Assembly: GCA_965232485.1 (NCBI GenBank)
Contig: OZ246975.1
Coordinates: 831,049-895,048 of the forward strand
Direction: 5' to 3'
DNA: 64,000 bases
DNA from: Rhodothermales bacterium
GTDB taxonomy: Bacteria; Bacteroidota; Rhodothermia; Rhodothermales; VXPQ01
The notes below the pieces were generated by a model, which searched no databases, had not been told where the DNA came from, and was given only the letters and a program-made list of their open reading frames with translations. Made by a program: the position numbers and the translations under genes. Positions 8,320 through 20,192 of this stretch are shown one piece after another (position 1 is the stretch's first letter; each line of letters opens with the position of its first letter).

Positions 8320-11300
8320 TTATAGCTTGACTTCCTCGGCCCTTGCATCCGGCGCGTCGGACGTCGCCGCAACCGAATCGCCATCCCCGCCGATGGCGGC
8401 TTGCAATTCGGCCAGTTCGGTCTTCGAGCCGACAACCAGGTCCCGGAAACGCCGCTGCCCGGTTCCCGCCGGAATCGGATGACCCACGATCACATTTTCC
8501 TTGAGTCCGTACAGCGGATCCACCTGCGCCTTGATCGCCGCATTGGTAAGCACCTTGGTCGTTTCCTGGAACGAAGCCGCCGACACGAACGAATCGGTCG
8601 AGAGCGCGGCCTGCGTGATGCCCAGAAGAATCGGCTGCGCCACGGCGGGCTGGGTTTCGCGCACCTCCACCTGCTTGAGGTCTTGTCGCTTCATCGCCGA
8701 ATTCACCTCGCGCATTTTCCTTCGACTCACGATAGCGCCCACCGAGAAATCGGAATCGCCCGGATCGGCGACCACAAACCGGTCGTAGAGACGGTCGTTG
8801 AGTTCCTCCATGGCGAACCGGTCTACCGTATAGTCTTCCAGCAAGGTCGTATCCCCCGGATCCGCTACGCGCACCTTCTGCATCATCTGGCGAACGATCA
8901 CTTCAATATGCTTGTCGTTGATCGTCACGCCCTGCATGCGGTACACTTCCTGAATCTCGTTCACGAGATACTCCTGCACGGCGCGCGGCCCCTTGATGGA
9001 CAAAATATCCTGCGGGGATACCTGCCCGTCCGAGAGCTGGCCGCCTGCGCGTATAAAGTCGTGTTCGTGGACAAGGATATGCCTCGAAAGCGGCACCAGG
9101 TACGTCCGGCTTTCCGAACCGTCGCGGGAAGTAACCACAATTTCCTGCGCGCCCCGGCGCCGTCCGCCGAAACGAACCACGCCATCGATCTCGGAAACAA
9201 CCGCCGGATCGGCGGGCATCCGGGCCTCGAACAATTCGGTCACGCGGGGAAGGCCGCCCGTGATATCGCCTGTCTTGGCGGACTGGCGCGGAATTTTCAC
9301 CATCACCTGGCCTGCCTGAATCTCTTCTCCCTCGTCCACCTGGATGCGCGCCCGCACCGGAAGCGTATACTCGCGGTCCTTTTCTTTCGCTCGTTTTACA
9401 ATGAGGGCCGGCGTCAGCGAACGTTCGCGGCTTTCGGTAATGACTTTCTCCTTGTGTCCCGTCTGCTCGTCGGATTCCTCGCGATAGGTAGTGCCTTCGA
9501 CAATGTCCTTGAAGGAAATCTTCCCGGAGACTTCCGACAGAATCACGCTGTTGTAAGGATCCCAACTGGCCAGCACGCTCCCCTTTTCGACAATCTCTCC
9601 GTCCGCAACCAGCATTTCGGCGCCGTACGGAATGACATACGAAATCAGGTGTCGCCCGGCGTCTTCCGGATCGACAATCGTCACCTCGCCCTGGCGCGTG
9701 AGCACCACATCTTTCCCCTCGTCGTCGTTCAGCGTAACGGTGCGCAGGTTTTCGTACACCGCCTTGCCCGCAAATTTCGTCTGGAGCGTACTTTCGGCGG
9801 AAATCAGACTGGCCGTGCCGCCGATATGGAACGTCCGGAGCGTAAGCTGCGTGCCCGGCTCTCCAATGGACTGCGCGGCCACTACGCCCACCGCTTCGCC
9901 GGTTTCCACAAGGTGTCCGGTGGCGAGATTCCGCCCGTAGCACAAGGCGCACACGCCGCGGCGCGACTCGCAGGTGAGGGCCGAACGTATTTCGACTTCC
10001 TCAATGGATGTTTCGGAAATCTGCCGCGCCCGTTGCTCGTCGATCATTTCATTGGCGGCGATAATCATCTCGCCGGAAAGCGGATCGGACACATCGTGCA
10101 TGCAAACGCGCCCCACGATCCGATCGGCCAACGGCTCGACAATCTCCTCATTGTCCTTCAACGCCGATATCCGGATGCCGCGCAGCGTGCCGCAATCCTG
10201 CTGCACGATCGTCACATCCTGTGCAACATCCACCAGGCGGCGCGTCAAATAACCGGCGTCGGCGGTCTTCAGGGCCGTGTCGGCAAGCCCTTTGCGCGCG
10301 CCGTGCGTCGAAATAAAATATTCGAGCACGGAAAGGCCTTCCTTGAAATTCGAAATAATCGGGTTCTCAATGATTTCTCCCACCGAACCCACAAGGCTCT
10401 TCTGCGGCTTGGCCATCAGGCCGCGCATGCCCCCAAGCTGGCGAATCTGCTCCTTGGACCCGCGAGCGCCCGAGTCCGCCATCATATAAATGGCGTTGAA
10501 GCCGCCCTTGTCGTTCCGAAGCGTTTCGAAAAGCGTTTCGGAAACCCGGTTGTTCGTCTTTGTCCAGATATCGATTACCTGATTGTAACGCTCGCTTTCG
10601 AACATGAAGCCCATCTCGTAATTGCCGCGTACGCGGTCTACCTCCGCTTGCGCATCCGAAATGATCTTCTCCTTCACGTCCGGCACGATGATGTCGGCCA
10701 GCGAGAAGGTAAGCCCCGCCGTGGTGGCCTGTTCAAAGCCCAACCGCTTGATGTCGTCGAGAAAACGGGACGCTTTCTGGAATCCGCTGGCCTTGAGTAC
10801 GCGCCCGATGATCGGACGCAGATTGCGCTTCGTAAGGACGGCGTTGATGAAACCGACCTCATCCGGAATCACCTCGTTGAAAAGTACGCGGCCTACGGTC
10901 GTTTCCTCAATCTTGCCCGGAGCGACGCGCACGTGAATATGGGCATGCAAATCGACCTGCTCCTGGTCGTACGCCTGGCGGACTTCCGTAAGACTCGCGA
11001 AGCGCATGCCGTCCCCTTGCCGGCCCGACCGCATTTTCGTGAGATAGTACAGGCCAAGCACCATGTCTTGCGTCGGCACCGCAACCGGGCCGCCGTGCGC
11101 CGGACTCAAAATATTATGGCTCGACAGCATGAGCACCCACGCTTCCAGACAAGCGTCATGGCTCAGGGGCGCATGCACCGCCATCTGATCCCCGTCGAAA
11201 TCGGCGTTAAAGGCCGTACACACCAACGGATGCAACCGGATGGCCTTGCCCTCGATCAGGATGGGCTGGAACGCCTGGATGCCCAGGCGATGCAGCGTGG

Positions 11301-12636
11301 GGGCCCGGTTCAGCAGCACGGGACGTCCTTCGATAACCTTCTCAAGAATATCCCATACGTCCGCCGTGCGCCGGTCCACCACCTTTTTGGCGCTCTTGAC
11401 TGTCTTGACGATGCCCCGCTCAATGAGTTTGCGAATCACGAAGGGCTTGAACAATTCGACAGCCATCTCCTTCGGCAAACCGCACTGATGTATGTCGAGT
11501 TCGGGGCCCACGACAATCACCGAACGGCCCGAATAATCCACGCGCTTTCCGAGCAGGTTCTGACGGAACCGCCCCTGCTTGCCCTTGAGCATGTCGCTCA
11601 ATGATTTCAGGGCCCGGTTCGAATCGCTGCGCACGGCGTTGGCCTTGCGGCTGTTGTCGAACAACGAGTCGACCGCTTCCTGAAGCATGCGCTTCTCGTT
11701 CCGCAAAATGACCTCAGGCGCCTTGATGTCGATCAGTCGCTTGAGGCGGTTATTGCGAATGATGACGCGCCGGTACAAATCATTCAGGTCCGACGTAGCA
11801 AAGCGCCCGCCCTCCAGCGGAACGAGGGGGCGCAATTCCGGCGGAATAACCGGAATCACCCGCATAACCATCCATTCGGGCCGGTTTTCGAGGCGCGTGT
11901 TGGCGTCGCGGAATCCTTCCACGACGGCCAGGCGCTTCAGGGCGTCGGCCTTGCGGGCCTGGCTCGTTTCCGTCTTGATCTTGTGACGCAACTGCTTCGA
12001 CAAGGACGGCAAATCCAGGCGGCGCAAGATCGTCTCTACCGCTTCGCCCCCGATGCGGGCAATGAACTTGTTCGGGTCGTCGTCGGCAAGCCGATGGTTG
12101 TCGTCCCGTATCTGGTACAGAATGTTGAAATATTCGTCTTCGTTCAGAAGCTGATTTTCCTCGACGCCATGCTCTGCCGCGCTCCCCGCCTGGATAACGA
12201 CATAGTTCTCATAGTAGATAATCTTCTCAAGGTCCTTCGACTTGAGTCCAACGAGGTGGCCGATCTTGTTCGGCAACGTCTTGAAATACCAGATATGCAC
12301 TACGGGTACGCTGAGGGTAATATGCCCCATGCGTTCGCGGCGCACCTTTTTCTGCGTGACCTCTACCCCGCAACGATCACAGATGATGCCCTTGTAGCGA
12401 ATGCGCTTGTACTTGCCGCAATGACATTCCCAGTCCTTGACGGGTCCGAATATTTTTTCGCAAAAAAGACCGTCTTTCTCCGGCTTGAACGACCGGTAGT
12501 TTATGGTCTCGGGCTTGAGCACTTCGCCATGAGACCGCTCCAGCACGCTTTCCGGGCTGGACAAACTGACGGTGATTTTGCTGAACTGCTTCTTGATCTG
12601 CTGCGTCTTTCCGTAGGGCATGGGGCTCTTTCGCAA
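8320..12636 (-). CDS. rpoC: DNA-directed RNA polymerase subunit beta'
   Basis: 1438-aa ORF with the zinc-binding [23 protein letters not shown], the catalytic [12 protein letters not shown] motif, and trigger-loop and bridge-helix regions. Confidence 0.98.
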   Translation of the reverse strand: MRKSPMPYGKTQQIKKQFSKITVSLSSPESVLERSHGEVLKPETINYRSFKPEKDGLFCEKIFGPVKDWECHCGKYKRIRYKGIICDRCGVEVTQKKVRRERMGHITLSVPVVHIWYFKTLPNKIGHLVGLKSKDLEKIIYYENYVVIQAGSAAEHGVEENQLLNEDEYFNILYQIRDDNHRLADDDPNKFIARIGGEAVETILRRLDLPSLSKQLRHKIKTETSQARKADALKRLAVVEGFRDANTRLENRPEWMVMRVIPVIPPELRPLVPLEGGRFATSDLNDLYRRVIIRNNRLKRLIDIKAPEVILRNEKRMLQEAVDSLFDNSRKANAVRSDSNRALKSLSDMLKGKQGRFRQNLLGKRVDYSGRSVIVVGPELDIHQCGLPKEMAVELFKPFVIRKLIERGIVKTVKSAKKVVDRRTADVWDILEKVIEGRPVLLNRAPTLHRLGIQAFQPILIEGKAIRLHPLVCTAFNADFDGDQMAVHAPLSHDACLEAWVLMLSSHNILSPAHGGPVAVPTQDMVLGLYYLTKMRSGRQGDGMRFASLTEVRQAYDQEQVDLHAHIHVRVAPGKIEETTVGRVLFNEVIPDEVGFINAVLTKRNLRPIIGRVLKASGFQKASRFLDDIKRLGFEQATTAGLTFSLADIIVPDVKEKIISDAQAEVDRVRGNYEMGFMFESERYNQVIDIWTKTNNRVSETLFETLRNDKGGFNAIYMMADSGARGSKEQIRQLGGMRGLMAKPQKSLVGSVGEIIENPIISNFKEGLSVLEYFISTHGARKGLADTALKTADAGYLTRRLVDVAQDVTIVQQDCGTLRGIRISALKDNEEIVEPLADRIVGRVCMHDVSDPLSGEMIIAANEMIDEQRARQISETSIEEVEIRSALTCESRRGVCALCYGRNLATGHLVETGEAVGVVAAQSIGEPGTQLTLRTFHIGGTASLISAESTLQTKFAGKAVYENLRTVTLNDDEGKDVVLTRQGEVTIVDPEDAGRHLISYVIPYGAEMLVADGEIVEKGSVLASWDPYNSVILSEVSGKISFKDIVEGTTYREESDEQTGHKEKVITESRERSLTPALIVKRAKEKDREYTLPVRARIQVDEGEEIQAGQVMVKIPRQSAKTGDITGGLPRVTELFEARMPADPAVVSEIDGVVRFGGRRRGAQEIVVTSRDGSESRTYLVPLSRHILVHEHDFIRAGGQLSDGQVSPQDILSIKGPRAVQEYLVNEIQEVYRMQGVTINDKHIEVIVRQMMQKVRVADPGDTTLLEDYTVDRFAMEELNDRLYDRFVVADPGDSDFSVGAIVSRRKMREVNSAMKRQDLKQVEVRETQPAVAQPILLGITQAALSTDSFVSAASFQETTKVLTNAAIKAQVDPLYGLKENVIVGHPIPAGTGQRRFRDLVVGSKTELAELQAAIGGDGDSVAATSDAPDARAEEVKL

Positions 12637-12681
12637 TTCTGAATCCTGGAACGATTCCGTACAAGGCGCCTTGCAGCGCGG

Positions 12682-15600
12682 TCAATCGAGACGAACTTCG
12701 AGGCCAAGCCCCTGAAGCTCCCGAACAAGCACCTGAAAACTCTCCGGCATACCGGCTTCGGGCATGTTCTCTCCCTTGACGATCGATTCGTATGCTTTCG
12801 ATCGCCCCTGGACATCGTCCGATTTGTATGTCAGCATTTCCTGCAAGGTGTGCGCTGCGCCGTAGGCGTAAAGCGCCCACACCTCCATCTCTCCAAGGCG
12901 CTGTCCGCCAAGCTGCGCCTTGCCTCCCAGCGGCTGTTGCGTAATGAGGCTGTACGGGCCAATGCTGCGCGCATGAATCTTGTCCTCCACAAGATGACTC
13001 AGCTTCAGCATATAGATGTAGCCGACCGTGGTCTTTTCATCGAACTCCTTGCCGGTGCGGCCATCGTACAACTGGGCGCGCCCGTCGAGCGGCAACCCCG
13101 CTTCCTCGAGCCTGGCCCGGATATCTTCCATCTTGGCGCCGTCGAAAATCGGCGTGGCGAACGATGCGCCGAGTTCCTTGCCGGCCCATCCGAGAAGCGT
13201 CTCGAATATCTGGCCCAGGTTCATGCGGGAAGGCACGCCCAGCGGGTTGAGCACGATATCGACGGGCGTACCGTCCTCCATGAACGGCATGTCCTCCACA
13301 GGCACGATGCGGGCGACCACCCCCTTGTTTCCATGGCGACCGGCCATCTTGTCTCCTACCTGGACCTTGCGCTTGCGCGCCACATACACCTTGGCCAACT
13401 GCACGATGCCCGGGGGCAATTCGTCCCCCATCTGCACCTGATGCTTGTCGCGCTTCATTTCCCCGTCGATGCGGCTGCGGGCGCGGGCGTAATTGCGGAG
13501 CAACTTCCGCATGCGCCCGTTCGTTTCCGGATCAAGCGTCATGTCTTTGCCGGGCGCAAGCTGATCGGGCGCAACATTCCTGAACGCCTTCTGCGTAAAG
13601 CGGGCGCCTTTTGAAAGCAGGACAGCGCCATCGCGGCCTTCTACGCCCGCAGACGATTTGCGCCCTACGATCCGGAAAAATTTCTCCCAGAACGCTTCGT
13701 CCAACGCCGCTTTTTCGCGATTAAACCGCGCTTCGATCTCGACAAGACGATTTCCCTCCAGCTTCTTTGAGGTGGAATCCAGTTTGCGGCGACCAAACAA
13801 CTCGGTAGCGATCACAACGCCCTTCATGCCCGGCGGCGCCGTCAGGGAAGCGTCCTTCACGTCGCCCGCCTTGTCGCCGAAAATGGCGCGGAGCAGTTTT
13901 TCTTCCGGCGTGGGATCCGTCTCGCCCTTGGGCGTGATCTTGCCAACAATGATATCGCCGGCGTTCACCTCGGCGCCTACGCGGATGACGCCTCGTTCGT
14001 CAAGGTCCCGGGTGGCCTCTTCCGAGACATTCGGAATCTCCCGGGTAAGCTCTTCCTCGCCGCGCTTCGTGTCGCGCACCTGCAGCTCGAATTCCTCGAT
14101 ATGTATAGAGGTGTACACATCTTCGGTCACCAGCCGCTCGGACAGCACGATGGCGTCCTCGAAGTTGTAGCCGCGCCAGGGCATGAAGGCAACCAGCACA
14201 TTCTTGCCCAGCGCAAGATCGCCGTTTTCCGTGGCGAACCCGTCCGTCAACACGGTTCCCTTCGATACGCGCTGGCCTTTCCGAACGATCGGTTTCTGAT
14301 TCACGCTGGTATCCTGGTTCGTTCGACGGAACTTCACCAGTCGATATTCGCGGACAGTATCCTCGAAACTCAGGTCGATGTCTTCTTCGTCCTGATCGTA
14401 GCGCACCACGATGCGCATAGCATCGACATAATCGACAACCCCTTCGCCTTCCGCCACGAGCACCGCGCGCGAATCTCGCGCCACGCGCCCTTCAAGGCCC
14501 GTGCCGACCACTGGCGCCTCTGCGCGCAACAAGGGCACCGCCTGACGCTGCATGTTCGATCCCATCAGGGCGCGATTGGCGTCGTCGTGTTCCAGAAAAG
14601 GAATCAGGCTTGCCGCCGGAGACACAATCTGGTTCGGCGCCACATCCATGTATTCGACGTCTTTCGGCGCCACGATGGGAAAATCGCCCCGATAGCGGCA
14701 CTTCACGTATTCGTTGACGAAATGTCCGTCCTCGCCAATCGGCGCATTGGCCTGGGCAATAACGGCAGAGTCTTCTTCCTCCGCGGAAAGAAAACAAATC
14801 TCCTCGGTCACCTTGCTGTTTTTAACGACCCGATACGGCGCTTCTATGAAGCCGAAGCCATTGATGGTGGCGTGCACGCAAAGCGAAGAGATCAGACCGA
14901 TGTTCGGCCCCTCCGGCGTCTCGATAGGACACAACCGCCCGTAGTGCGTGTAATGCACGTCGCGCACCTCGAATCCGGCGCGTTCGCGGGTCAGTCCGCC
15001 CGGGCCCAGCGCCGACATGCGACGCTTGTGCGTCAATTCGGCCAGCGGATTCGTCTGATCCATGAACTGGCTGAGCTGATTGGTCCCGAAAAAGGTATTG
15101 ATCACGCTCGAAACCGTGCGGGCGTTGACCAGCTCTTGCGGCGAAAACTTGTCCGCATCGCGCATATTCATGCGCTCCTTGATGGTGCGGGCCATGCGCG
15201 CAAGCCCCAGCGAGAACTGGGTGGAAAGCTGCTCGCCGACCGTACGCACCCGGCGGTTGCCAAGGTGGTCGATATCGTCTACGTTGCTCTTGCCATTCTG
15301 CAAATTGACCAGCTCCCGGATAATCCCCACAATGTCCCCGGGCGTCAATGTCAACGTATCCGAAGGCGTATCGAGTTCCAGGCGCGTATTGATGCGATAC
15401 CGGCCCACTTCGCCAAGGTCGTACCGCTTTTCGCTAAAAAAGAGGCGGTCCAGAATGCCCCGCGCATTTTCCAGATCAGGCGCCTCGCTGCCCCGAAGCT
15501 GCAAATACAATTCTTTCAGCGCCTCGTCGGTCGAATGGGTGGGATCCTTCCGCAGGGTGTCGATCAGCGTGGACTTGTCGATCTGGTCTTCCTCGTCCTT

Positions 15601-16557
15601 CTTCAGGAGCCAGACCTTCTTGACCCCCGCTGCCTTCAGTTTGGCGTAATCGTCCTCCCGAAGCGTATGGCGCGCAGGGAGAATCACCTTGTGCTCGGTT
15701 TTCTCCTCAAGAATTTCGCCGGTGTCCTCGTCCACGATCTCATGCACTTCCGGAACCGTAATCGACGCCGCCAGGTCGTGATCGATACACTTGCCGAACG
15801 CCCGCTTCGTAGATACGTCCCCTTCGTCGGCCAAGTCGAAGAGTTGCATGATTTCATCGTTGGAGGAGTGCCCCAACGCGCGCAAAAGCGTCGTAACCGG
15901 AAGTTTTTTCTTCCGATCGATGTAAGCCCACATTACGTTGCTTACATCGGTGGAAAATTCAATCCAGGATCCCCGGAAAGGTATGACGCGGGCGGAATAC
16001 AACTCCGTCCCGTTCGGATGAATGCTCAGCCCGAAAAACACCCCGGGACTACGATGCAGCTGCGAAACGACCACGCGCTCCGCGCCGTTGATGACAAAAG
16101 CGCCTTGCGGCGTCATGAACGGCAGGTTGCCAAGGTACACCTCCTGCTCGATCGCCGCCGCCGGTTCGTCCTCGTCCTCGTCCTCCTTGCTCGACAGGCG
16201 AAGGCGGGCCTTGAGTGGCACGGCATAGGTCAGGCCCTGCGCAATGCACTCCGCCACCGAATGCTTCGGCGTATCCAGTTCGTAGTCTATGAATTCAAGG
16301 GTATACCGCTCGCGACTGTCCTGAATTGGAAAATGCTCCTTGAAAACCCCCTGGAGTCCAATATCCTTTCGTTCTTCCGGCGACATGTCCGGCTGCGCGA
16401 AATCCGCGTACGACCGGAGCTGGATCGCCAGAAAATCCGGATATTCGTGTATGGTCGGGATGCGAGCATAAGAGATACGTTTGCCTTTCGCGGCTTGACC
16501 GTTCGTATGGAGCATGGATGCAGTGACTGGAAAGGAAAGAAACGGATCGAAGGACAA
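12682..16557 (-). CDS. rpoB: DNA-directed RNA polymerase subunit beta
   Basis: 1291-aa ORF with conserved GPGGLTRERAGFEVRDVH, PEGPNIGLI and NLGQIFETLLGW. The true start may be the internal Met at 16515 (MLHTNGQ...). Confidence 0.98.
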   Translation of the reverse strand: MSFDPFLSFPVTASMLHTNGQAAKGKRISYARIPTIHEYPDFLAIQLRSYADFAQPDMSPEERKDIGLQGVFKEHFPIQDSRERYTLEFIDYELDTPKHSVAECIAQGLTYAVPLKARLRLSSKEDEDEDEPAAAIEQEVYLGNLPFMTPQGAFVINGAERVVVSQLHRSPGVFFGLSIHPNGTELYSARVIPFRGSWIEFSTDVSNVMWAYIDRKKKLPVTTLLRALGHSSNDEIMQLFDLADEGDVSTKRAFGKCIDHDLAASITVPEVHEIVDEDTGEILEEKTEHKVILPARHTLREDDYAKLKAAGVKKVWLLKKDEEDQIDKSTLIDTLRKDPTHSTDEALKELYLQLRGSEAPDLENARGILDRLFFSEKRYDLGEVGRYRINTRLELDTPSDTLTLTPGDIVGIIRELVNLQNGKSNVDDIDHLGNRRVRTVGEQLSTQFSLGLARMARTIKERMNMRDADKFSPQELVNARTVSSVINTFFGTNQLSQFMDQTNPLAELTHKRRMSALGPGGLTRERAGFEVRDVHYTHYGRLCPIETPEGPNIGLISSLCVHATINGFGFIEAPYRVVKNSKVTEEICFLSAEEEDSAVIAQANAPIGEDGHFVNEYVKCRYRGDFPIVAPKDVEYMDVAPNQIVSPAASLIPFLEHDDANRALMGSNMQRQAVPLLRAEAPVVGTGLEGRVARDSRAVLVAEGEGVVDYVDAMRIVVRYDQDEEDIDLSFEDTVREYRLVKFRRTNQDTSVNQKPIVRKGQRVSKGTVLTDGFATENGDLALGKNVLVAFMPWRGYNFEDAIVLSERLVTEDVYTSIHIEEFELQVRDTKRGEEELTREIPNVSEEATRDLDERGVIRVGAEVNAGDIIVGKITPKGETDPTPEEKLLRAIFGDKAGDVKDASLTAPPGMKGVVIATELFGRRKLDSTSKKLEGNRLVEIEARFNREKAALDEAFWEKFFRIVGRKSSAGVEGRDGAVLLSKGARFTQKAFRNVAPDQLAPGKDMTLDPETNGRMRKLLRNYARARSRIDGEMKRDKHQVQMGDELPPGIVQLAKVYVARKRKVQVGDKMAGRHGNKGVVARIVPVEDMPFMEDGTPVDIVLNPLGVPSRMNLGQIFETLLGWAGKELGASFATPIFDGAKMEDIRARLEEAGLPLDGRAQLYDGRTGKEFDEKTTVGYIYMLKLSHLVEDKIHARSIGPYSLITQQPLGGKAQLGGQRLGEMEVWALYAYGAAHTLQEMLTYKSDDVQGRSKAYESIVKGENMPEAGMPESFQVLVRELQGLGLEVRLD

Positions 16558-16595
16558 CGGTGGAAACGATGCGCAAGGCGCCCGGCGTCTCCCGC

Positions 16596-16979
16596 TTATT
16601 TGAGTTCGACTTCGGCGCCTGCTCCCTCAAGCCGGGTCTTGATTTCCTGGGCTTCGTCCTTGCCGACCGCTTCCTTTACGGTGTTCGGCACGCCGTCTAC
16701 GAGTCCCTTCGCCTCCTTCAACCCAAGGCCCGTGAGGCTACGCACTTCCTTGATCACGGCAATCTTGTTGCCCCCGACGCCCTTGAGCACCACATCGAAT
16801 TCCGTTTGCTCCTCGGCGGCGGCCGCGCCGTCGCCTCCGACAGCGGGGCCTGCCGCGACCACCGAGGCCGCGGCCGCCGGCTTGACGCCATATTCCTCTT
16901 CGAGCAGGGTCGCCAGGTCGTTGGCCTCCTTGACCGTGAGGTTGACAAGTTCTTCTGCGATTTGCTTAATATCCGCCAT
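16596..16979 (-). CDS. rplL: 50S ribosomal protein L7/L12
   Basis: The ORF track frame 16596..17084 contains [32 protein letters not shown]...[31 protein letters not shown]. The start is taken at MADIKQ (ATG at 16979). Confidence 0.95.
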   Translation of the reverse strand: MADIKQIAEELVNLTVKEANDLATLLEEEYGVKPAAAASVVAAGPAVGGDGAAAAEEQTEFDVVLKGVGGNKIAVIKEVRSLTGLGLKEAKGLVDGVPNTVKEAVGKDEAQEIKTRLEGAGAEVELK

Positions 16980-17093
16980 GGTGTATGAGTTCTCCTGCGA
17001 GCAGTCTTTGTCGCCGGTTCCGGCCACTGTGCCGCGCATTAAGGATGGATGGTGAAAGTAACGATGAGGGTTGAGGTCGGGCATGACGCGCGG

Positions 17094-17621
17094 TCATGCA
17101 GCGCGATCGGCGATTTCGCGAATCGCGCCAACCAGATTGCGCGCAGGCGCCTGCACGGCGCCGACTACATTGGAAACAGGAGCCAGCAACAAGCCCACTA
17201 TGTCGCCGAGCAATTCGTCTTTCGACTTGAGCGAAGCCAGCATCTCCAGCGAACCTTCCCCGTAAAAAGCGCCGTCTATGTAGACCGCCTTGACTTCGGG
17301 ATGCGTCACCGATTCGTCTCTCAGAAAATCCCGGATGACGCGGGCCGGCGCGGACGGCTCGCCGCCAAAAGCGATAGCCGTAGGGCCTTTCAGGTATTCC
17401 GCCAAGGCGCTATACTCCGGACGCTCATCCATCGCAAGGCGCGCCAACGTGTTCTTGTATACCTTGAAGGACACGTCGGCGTCGCGAAAACGATTGCGCA
17501 AATCGTTTGCCTGGCTGACGGTCAGGCCGGAATAATTCGTCAGGTATACGATGACGTTGGCGTCGAGCATCTGCCCGATCTCCGCAATCATCGTTTCCTT
17601 TTCCGTTTTGGTCATGGGCAT
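17094..17621 (-). CDS. rplJ: 50S ribosomal protein L10
   Basis: 175-aa ORF, MPMTKTEKETMIAEIGQMLD...LTVSQANDLRNRFR...FKVYKNTLARLA, in the canonical position between rplA and rplL. Confidence 0.93.
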   Translation of the reverse strand: MPMTKTEKETMIAEIGQMLDANVIVYLTNYSGLTVSQANDLRNRFRDADVSFKVYKNTLARLAMDERPEYSALAEYLKGPTAIAFGGEPSAPARVIRDFLRDESVTHPEVKAVYIDGAFYGEGSLEMLASLKSKDELLGDIVGLLLAPVSNVVGAVQAPARNLVGAIREIADRAA

Positions 17622-17722
17622 GTCGGCGCCTCGCTATCTCAATCCGTTGCTTTGGCTGTCCGGCGTAAGCGCCGGCGTAAATTACGTGCACGTGGCGGAC
17701 GATAAAATCAGGGCGGAAAGCG

Positions 17723-18436
17723 CTATCGCAGCGCGCTTACGACCTGAACGCGGTCCAGCGGAATGGGCGGTCCCATTGAGGTCGAAATCGAAGCCGCCCG
17801 TACGTACGCGCCTTTCGCCGAGGCCGGACGCAACCGAAGCACTTCCCGGATAAACACTTCCGCATTCTCCCGGAGATGCTCCGCCGAAAACGACGCCTTC
17901 CCGATGGCCGTATGCAGATTGCCGGATTTGTCCACGCGAAAGTCGATTTTACCCGCCTTGACCTGCTGAACCGCCGGCGCCACATCCATCGTGACCGTGC
18001 CGCTTTTGGGATTCGGCATAAGCCCTCTCGGGCCCAGTACGCGCCCCAGTTTGGCGACGTCGCGCATCACATCGGGCGTGGCGACAACCACATCGAAATC
18101 CGTCCATCCTTTTTTCTGGATGCGTTCGATGAAGTCGTGCAGGCCGACATAGTCGGCGCCTGCCTCCTTCGCTTCTTCCTGTTTGCTTTCGTTCGCCAGA
18201 ACCAGTACGCGCACCTCCTTGCCCGTGCCGTGCGGCAACGCCGCAGTGCCGCGCACCATCTGGTCTGCATGGCGCGGATCGACCCCAAGCCGCAAGTCTA
18301 TATCGACCGATTCGTCGAATTTGGCCAGACCAGCCCTGGCGACGAGGACGCAGGCGTCTTCGAGCGTGAAGGGGCCGCCGCCGGCCTCTTTGACCATGTC
18401 GGCGGCCTGCCGATACCGTTTTCCTTTTTTCGCCAT
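17723..18436 (-). CDS. rplA: 50S ribosomal protein L1
   Basis: 237-aa [15 protein letters not shown]...[24 protein letters not shown]...[11 protein letters not shown]. Confidence 0.95.
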   Translation of the reverse strand: MAKKGKRYRQAADMVKEAGGGPFTLEDACVLVARAGLAKFDESVDIDLRLGVDPRHADQMVRGTAALPHGTGKEVRVLVLANESKQEEAKEAGADYVGLHDFIERIQKKGWTDFDVVVATPDVMRDVAKLGRVLGPRGLMPNPKSGTVTMDVAPAVQQVKAGKIDFRVDKSGNLHTAIGKASFSAEHLRENAEVFIREVLRLRPASAKGAYVRAASISTSMGPPIPLDRVQVVSALR

Positions 18437-18523
18437 CCGATTACGCCGCGGATGCAGTGCTTGTGTCCGTGATGATGGAATGCGCCGGACTCAGCATCGC
18501 GATCCGGCTGTAAATACCCCCAT

Positions 18524-18964
18524 TCAGGCAGGGGCGCCTTCGACGCGTATCCCCATTGACCGCGCCGTGCCGGCTATCATGGAAGCCGCATTGTCCAGAT
18601 CGAATGCATTGAGGTCCGCCATCTTCTGCTCGGCAATGCCGCGGCAATCCTCCCAGGTCACCGTACCCACCTTCTCCCGGAGGGAGTCGCCGGCTCCCGA
18701 TGGAATCTTCGCCGCCATCTTCAACAGCACCGCGGCGGGCGGACTCTTGACGACGAAACTGAACGTCTTGTCCTTGTACACCGTAATCACCACAGGGAGG
18801 ACAAGCCCCATCCTGTCCTGCGTCGCGGCATTGAATTGCTTGCAGAAGTCCATGATATTCACCCCATGCTGCGCCAACGCAGGACCTATGGGGGGCGCCG
18901 GATTCGCTTGTCCGGCCTTTATCTGGAGCTTGACATACCCGCCGATCGGCTTCGCCATATTCAA
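18524..18964 (-). CDS. rplK: 50S ribosomal protein L11
   Basis: 146-aa [38 protein letters not shown]. The start may be the third codon (MAKPIGG). Confidence 0.95.
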   Translation of the reverse strand: MNMAKPIGGYVKLQIKAGQANPAPPIGPALAQHGVNIMDFCKQFNAATQDRMGLVLPVVITVYKDKTFSFVVKSPPAAVLLKMAAKIPSGAGDSLREKVGTVTWEDCRGIAEQKMADLNAFDLDNAASMIAGTARSMGIRVEGAPA

Positions 18965-19060
18965 AATATGATTAAAGTGCGGTGCAAACGCCGGGGCCTT
19001 GCGCCGTTTGGCGCGCCCGGCTCCCGCTTTCTGTTAACCCGAAGCAAAACTTAGCCTGTC

Positions 19061-19069
19061 AGTATAGCA
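19061..19069 (-). promoter_or_regulatory. candidate extended -10 promoter element for rplKAJL
   Basis: Minus strand reads TGCTATACT (TGn + TATACT) about 95 nt upstream of the rplK ATG. There is no good -35. Confidence 0.3.
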
Positions 19070-19140
19070 AATTTTCGGGAAATGCGCCACCAAAAAACGG
19101 TGATGCGCCAAGGTTCAAGTCGAATTCACAATCGGGCGCG

Positions 19141-19695
19141 TCAATCTCCCCGCTCCACTTGCAAATAATCCAGTTCGAGCGGAGTCTTTCGCCCGAAAAT
19201 CGACACCATCACTTTGACCTTCATCTTGTCGGGGTACACCTCCTCGACTACGCCGCTGAAATTGTTGAACGGCCCATCCACCACCTTGACAAGATCCCCG
19301 TTCTTGAACGGCATCTCCGGCTGCTCGCCTGCCTCCCGGACCTCGTTCATTTTGCCCATGATCCGGTTGATTTCGTCGGGCCGCAGCGGCGTAGGTTCGT
19401 CGCCCGTAGTCAGAAAGCCTATCACCGAAGGAAGGCTGGAAATAACATGCTGCAACTCGGTGTCGAGCGCGATATGCAGCATCACGTATCCCGGGAAGAA
19501 CGTCTTTTCGCGCGTACGCTTTTTGCCGCTGCGCATCTCGAAAACGGTCTCCGTCGGGATCATGACCTCATTGATCCTGTCTTGCAGGTTGAGACGCTCG
19601 ATTTCCTTTTCGAGGTAGTGCTTGACCTTCTTTTCGTGACCCGAAAACGTGCGCAGCACGTACCATTTGCGGATAACTGCCTTGTCCTTGACCAT
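19141..19695 (-). CDS. nusG: transcription termination/antitermination factor NusG
   Basis: 184-aa ORF, KWYVLRTFSGHEKKVKHYLE..., with a C-terminal KOW motif (FKNGDLVKVVDGPFNNFSGVVEEV). Confidence 0.95.
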   Translation of the reverse strand: MVKDKAVIRKWYVLRTFSGHEKKVKHYLEKEIERLNLQDRINEVMIPTETVFEMRSGKKRTREKTFFPGYVMLHIALDTELQHVISSLPSVIGFLTTGDEPTPLRPDEINRIMGKMNEVREAGEQPEMPFKNGDLVKVVDGPFNNFSGVVEEVYPDKMKVKVMVSIFGRKTPLELDYLQVERGD

Positions 19696-19750
19696 CTTGT
19701 CGCGTGCCTGAGAAAAATGTCTCGACAGATATGCTTGCCAAACGAGCCGC

Positions 19751-19930
19751 TCAGCGGTATATGAACTCCAGCGCCCGGCTAATGACCTGATCGGCGCCCC
19801 AGATGTACAGGGAAACGATCATGGTCGCCAGCAGGGTAATGAGCGTACTGCTGATCAGCTCGTTGCGCGCAGGCCAGCTGACCTTGCGCATTTCCTTGCT
19901 TACGTCGCCCAGATATTGAACTACCTTCAT
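19751..19930 (-). CDS. secE: preprotein translocase subunit SecE
   Basis: 59-aa ORF, below the track threshold and translated by hand: MKVVQYLGDVSKEMRKVSWPARNELISSTLITLLATMIVSLYIWGADQVISRALEFIYR*. It has a single TM helix and sits in the canonical position between tRNA-Trp and nusG. The 65-aa track ORF 19779..19976 is a different frame. Confidence 0.9.
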   Translation of the reverse strand: MKVVQYLGDVSKEMRKVSWPARNELISSTLITLLATMIVSLYIWGADQVISRALEFIYR

Positions 19931-19973
19931 AGTCGATTCCGATTACGGCGCAGTGCGCCATGAATGTTGCGGG

Positions 19974-20046
<73 letters not shown>

Positions 20047-20100
20047 GTGCACGGCGATGTACTTTCCAAATGATTCGCATGCGAAAAGCGGCCTCGCATG

Positions 20101-20172
<72 letters not shown>

Positions 20173-20192
20173 CGGAACGAACGCGCGTTTGC

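Noticed and set aside
16150-16195. Tandem-looking CCTCGT repeats.
   Set aside because: They encode an acidic EDEDEDE insertion within rpoB. This is low-complexity coding sequence, not a CRISPR or satellite repeat. I found no CRISPR-like arrays anywhere in the window.
67-17055. Very long ORFs antisense to real genes, for example 67..2055 (+, 662 aa), 2688..5084 (+, 798 aa), 8401..11604 (+, 1067 aa) and 14101..17055 (+, 984 aa). Later examples are 56031..57503 and 60531..62531.
   Set aside because: They lie exactly opposite strongly recognisable genes (fad genes, rpoC, rpoB, actP, acs). They have Arg/Pro/Gly-rich low-complexity translations and no recognisable motifs. Such shadow ORFs are expected in GC-rich DNA because stop codons are rare.
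17622-17722. Possible L10 leader regulatory RNA upstream of rplJ, and an L1/L11 leader upstream of rplK.
   Set aside because: The positions are right. I could find only short stems (for example CCGGCG-CTTA-CGCCGG), and I cannot match them to the known leader structures by eye. A covariance-model search is needed.
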